From Octopus sinensis (Eukaryota), in assembly GCF_006345805.1 (NCBI RefSeq), contig NC_043018.1:9920001-9984000 (forward strand): a DNA stretch of 64,000 bases. The letters are read 5' to 3'. Below the pieces are notes generated by a model. It did no database searches, had not been told where the DNA came from, and saw only the letters and a list, made by a program, of their open reading frames with translations. Shown here in pieces: positions 60,702-64,000 of the stretch (position 1 is the first letter of the stretch; every line of letters starts with the position of its first letter). Both the position numbers and the translations under genes were made by a program.

Positions 60702-60789
60702 ATACAAATATATGTACGTACACACACAGATATGTGTGTATGTGTATATATATATTATATATATATGTATCTTTTATGTTTTGTTTTAT

Positions 60790-61046
60790 TTGTTACTTGT
60801 TTCAGTCATTAGACTGCGGCCATGCTGGGGCACTACCTTGAAGAATTTTACTTGAAGGAATCGACCCCAGTACTTATATTTTTTTTTTATAAAAGCCTGG
60901 TACTTATTCTATCAATCTCTTTTTCCAAACCACTAAGTCATGAGGATGCTAAGACACCAACACTAGTTGCCAAGAGGTGATGGGGGTCAAACACAGACTC
61001 AAAGACACACACAGATGTGTGTGTATATTTATACATGCACGCACAT

Positions 61047-61085
<39 letters not shown>

Positions 61086-61155
61086 GACACATACAATATG
61101 CTCTTTCAGTTTGCATCAAACAAATCCATTACAAGGCTTTGGTTGGCTCAAGGCT
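60790..61155 (-). mobile_element. Family B SINE, partial (related pieces at 59290-59400 and 62870-63245)
   Basis: TTTCAGTCATTAGACTGCGGCCATGCTGGGGCAC... Confidence 0.8.
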
Positions 61156-61176
61156 ATATATATGAAATTTCTTTAA

Positions 61177-61392
61177 CCCTTTTGTTACCAACCCGGCTGA
61201 AACCGGCTCTGGCTTTTAGTACAAATGTCTTGTTTTCATAAACTTTGAATTAAAATCTTCTGCCAAACCTTAGTCACAATTTATGTTCCTAACACTAGCT
61301 GAATGATAACTAAGTTATTTTACTAAATTCTGTATATTTAAGTAATTGAAAGAAACACAGAGCATCTCAAAATAAATATAGTAACTAAAGGG
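61177..61392. mobile_element. piggyBac-type MITE (216 bp)
   Basis: TTAA|CCCTTTTGTTAC ... GTAACTAAAGGG|TTAA. Confidence 0.88.
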
Positions 61393-61554
61393 TTAAGAGT
61401 GTTTTCTTCTGACTTATAGACAACTGACATATATATATATATATATTACATATACACCACACATATATACATACATATATATTATATATATAATAAACAT
61501 ATATATATATATGTATAATAAATAATATATATATAATATTATATTATATATATA

Positions 61555-61706
61555 ATATTGTATAGAGGGCATTATTACACATAAATGCCTCACACTAGGA
61601 GGGCAGAGTCATTACTACCAAAATTATACTAATCATGGTAGTAGTAATGGACTCTGTCCCTCCTAGTGTGAGGCATTTATGTGAATAATGCCCTCTATTA
61701 CAATAT
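61555..61706. other. Fold-back inverted repeat, arms of about 66-71 bp
   Basis: 61555-61620 vs 61636-61706 identical except small indels; 15-nt loop. Confidence 0.92.
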
Positions 61707-62459
61707 AGATAATAATTTGTTCAGAAGAAAAAAAATTATTTTCGGATTCTTTTCTTTATGAGGTTTCACGCTAGCTACCTGATAAATTTCTTGTTAAGAT
61801 CCCTTATTAAGAGATTATCCTTAATTGTTAAACTTTATTATATATATATATATATCCAAATTATAATAAGGGCAAATGAAAAAATTGCTGATGTCAATAT
61901 GCGAAAAAATTGGACATATTGTCCATTACCATATAATTTCACAATACGCATGCTACTCGAAAAAAAAAAAAAAATGACAGAAATTTCTAAAAAATTTCTA
62001 AAAAATTTTTAACATGCTAGCCATTGAAAAAATTTTTTTTAGAAAATATTTCATCCTACATTAAATGTATATATATATATATTACTTAAACACACACACA
62101 CGTGTGTATGTGTGTGTGTGTGTGTGTGCACATGCTTGTATGCCTGTATACGTTGTCAGTATGTTTGTACATATGTCAATATATCTACGTATTTATTTGG
62201 TTGAAATATCTCCATGAAATTGAATGGAAGTTATGGATTAATGTACAGATGCATCAATTTTGTATTAAATAGTTTTATATTTTATAAATTTATTGAGAAA
62301 TTTGTTGAAAGATAGTTTTAGTAAAGTACAAAGCATACATTTCCAATATGGCAGATGATTCTGCAGTGAATAATGGAGGAAAAAGAAGACAAGGGAAAGG
62401 ATTTTGCCATATTCTGATGCCATCATGGAAAACAGGAAAATATTTTGCTAACAAATCAT

Positions 62460-62870
62460 ACACATACACATATATACATGCATACATATACACATATATA
62501 TATATATACACACATATATGCATACATACATACCATACATACGTATATACCATACATACATACATACACACCAACATACATACATACATACAAACATACA
62601 TACATATAGATATACACACACATACACATACATACATATATACACACACACATACATACACCACACATACATGCATACATACATACATACATACCATACA
62701 TACATACATACATACACACATACATACATATATACATACATACATAAATGCATACATACATACATACATACATACATACACACACACGTACATACATACA
62801 TACATACACACACACATACACGTACATACATACATACACACACACACACATACATACATACATGCATGTA
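62460..62870. repeat. (TACA/CA)n tract
   Basis: Direct inspection. Confidence 0.95.
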
Positions 62871-63083
62871 CCTTTATCTGTTATTTTTTTAATTGTTTCA
62901 GATCCCTGGGTGGTGGCTGTGCTTGGGCAACGTCCTTAAATTTTTTTAAAGTTTGGTACTCATTTTATTGATCTCTTTTGCTGAACCACTAAATTAACGT
63001 GGACATAAACAAACCAGCATTGGTTATTGAGCAGGGTGGGGAAGAGAAATGCGAACACAAAGACAGACACAGATACATTATAT

Positions 63084-63118
<35 letters not shown>

Positions 63119-63320
63119 CACACAAAGGCCTTCATAAGGCACTGGTTGGCTGCGAACCATAGAAGTAGACACTTGCCCAAGGTGCTGTACAGTGGGACTG
63201 AACCTGAAACCAGATGGTTACAAAGCAGTCTTCTTAACCACAGAGCCAGACAGGATATAAAACGATATATTGTAAAAAGGCACATCATTTGCAAGATATG
63301 TGTGTGTGTGCCTGTGTGTG

Positions 63321-63355
<35 letters not shown>

Positions 63356-63469
63356 TACACCATAATGTGTGTATAATATATATAAGACTATGTATGTATA
63401 TACACACACACACATATATATATATAGAGATATATGTACATATTCATACAAGGAAAATAGTTGTTAACA

Positions 63470-63511
<42 letters not shown>

Positions 63512-63594
63512 AATGATGATGATGATGATATATGCATATGCACATATAGATACACATATGTACGTACACATACACACACAAACAAATGCATATA

Positions 63595-64000
63595 CAGAGG
63601 TGGTGTGCAAAAGTAGGTATACAGTAAGTATCGCATCAATGCCATATAATAATTCCTTAAAATGATTAGCCTCATTTTTGATATTTTCATTAATCATAAT
63701 ATATTTATCATAACTATAACAATATTTTCATGGTAACTTTTAATATTTTTGATAAAAATAAAGGAATATTGTACCTTTTCATTTTTTTTTTCCTAGCTGT
63801 ATACCTACTTCTGCTGACCCTGTATTTACAGACATGCAGGAAGTAAATAGACACCTTTAATTTTAAAAAATCTTTGATATTAATTGGTTGAAAGAGAGGT
63901 TTTCTTCTAGCTGCTCGTCCATAATACCCAAGCTTATGCAGATATGTAACACATGTTCTTGGACTAACTTCTAAATGTTTTGCAATGTCCAAAGCCTTCG
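63595..64000 (-). mobile_element. Tc1-family transposon end, internally deleted, runs off the window
   Basis: TA|CAGAGGTGGTGTGCAAAAGTAGG TIR; DIAKHLEVSPRTCVTYLHKLGYYGRAARRKPL (Tc1 HTH region). Confidence 0.8.

Overview
AT-rich, microsatellite-saturated eukaryotic DNA that is almost entirely transposon-derived. The SINE repertoire and (TA)n/(CA)n/(GAT)n density point to an octopus (coleoid cephalopod) genome; this is inferred from repeat families, not from a search. I recognise no host protein-coding gene, and nearly all track ORFs are microsatellite read-throughs. Non-LTR content: at least four tRNA-like SINE families (dozens of copies, often in tandem or nested), decayed RTE, CR1 and R4/Dong fragments, and two Penelope-like (RT + GIY-YIG) elements. 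DNA transposons: a near full-length mariner, three maT/DD37D-type remnants, a Tc1 end, two Merlin (IS1595-like) transposase pseudogenes, and hAT, piggyBac, Merlin-type and Tigger-type MITEs, several with clean TIRs and TSDs. There is a 100-N gap at 47998-48097. The most notable unexplained structures are: a 107-bp-arm near-perfect fold-back (43070-43308), two other hairpins (53643-53728, 61555-61706), and type I hammerhead ribozyme motifs tied to Penelope-type repeats (46-81, 40417-40462, 43538-43573; two share an A6U core change). Also notable are apparent GGTA target specificity of one SINE subfamily, a Merlin-rich cluster at 17.5-22.4 kb and a CpG-rich 30-bp minisatellite.
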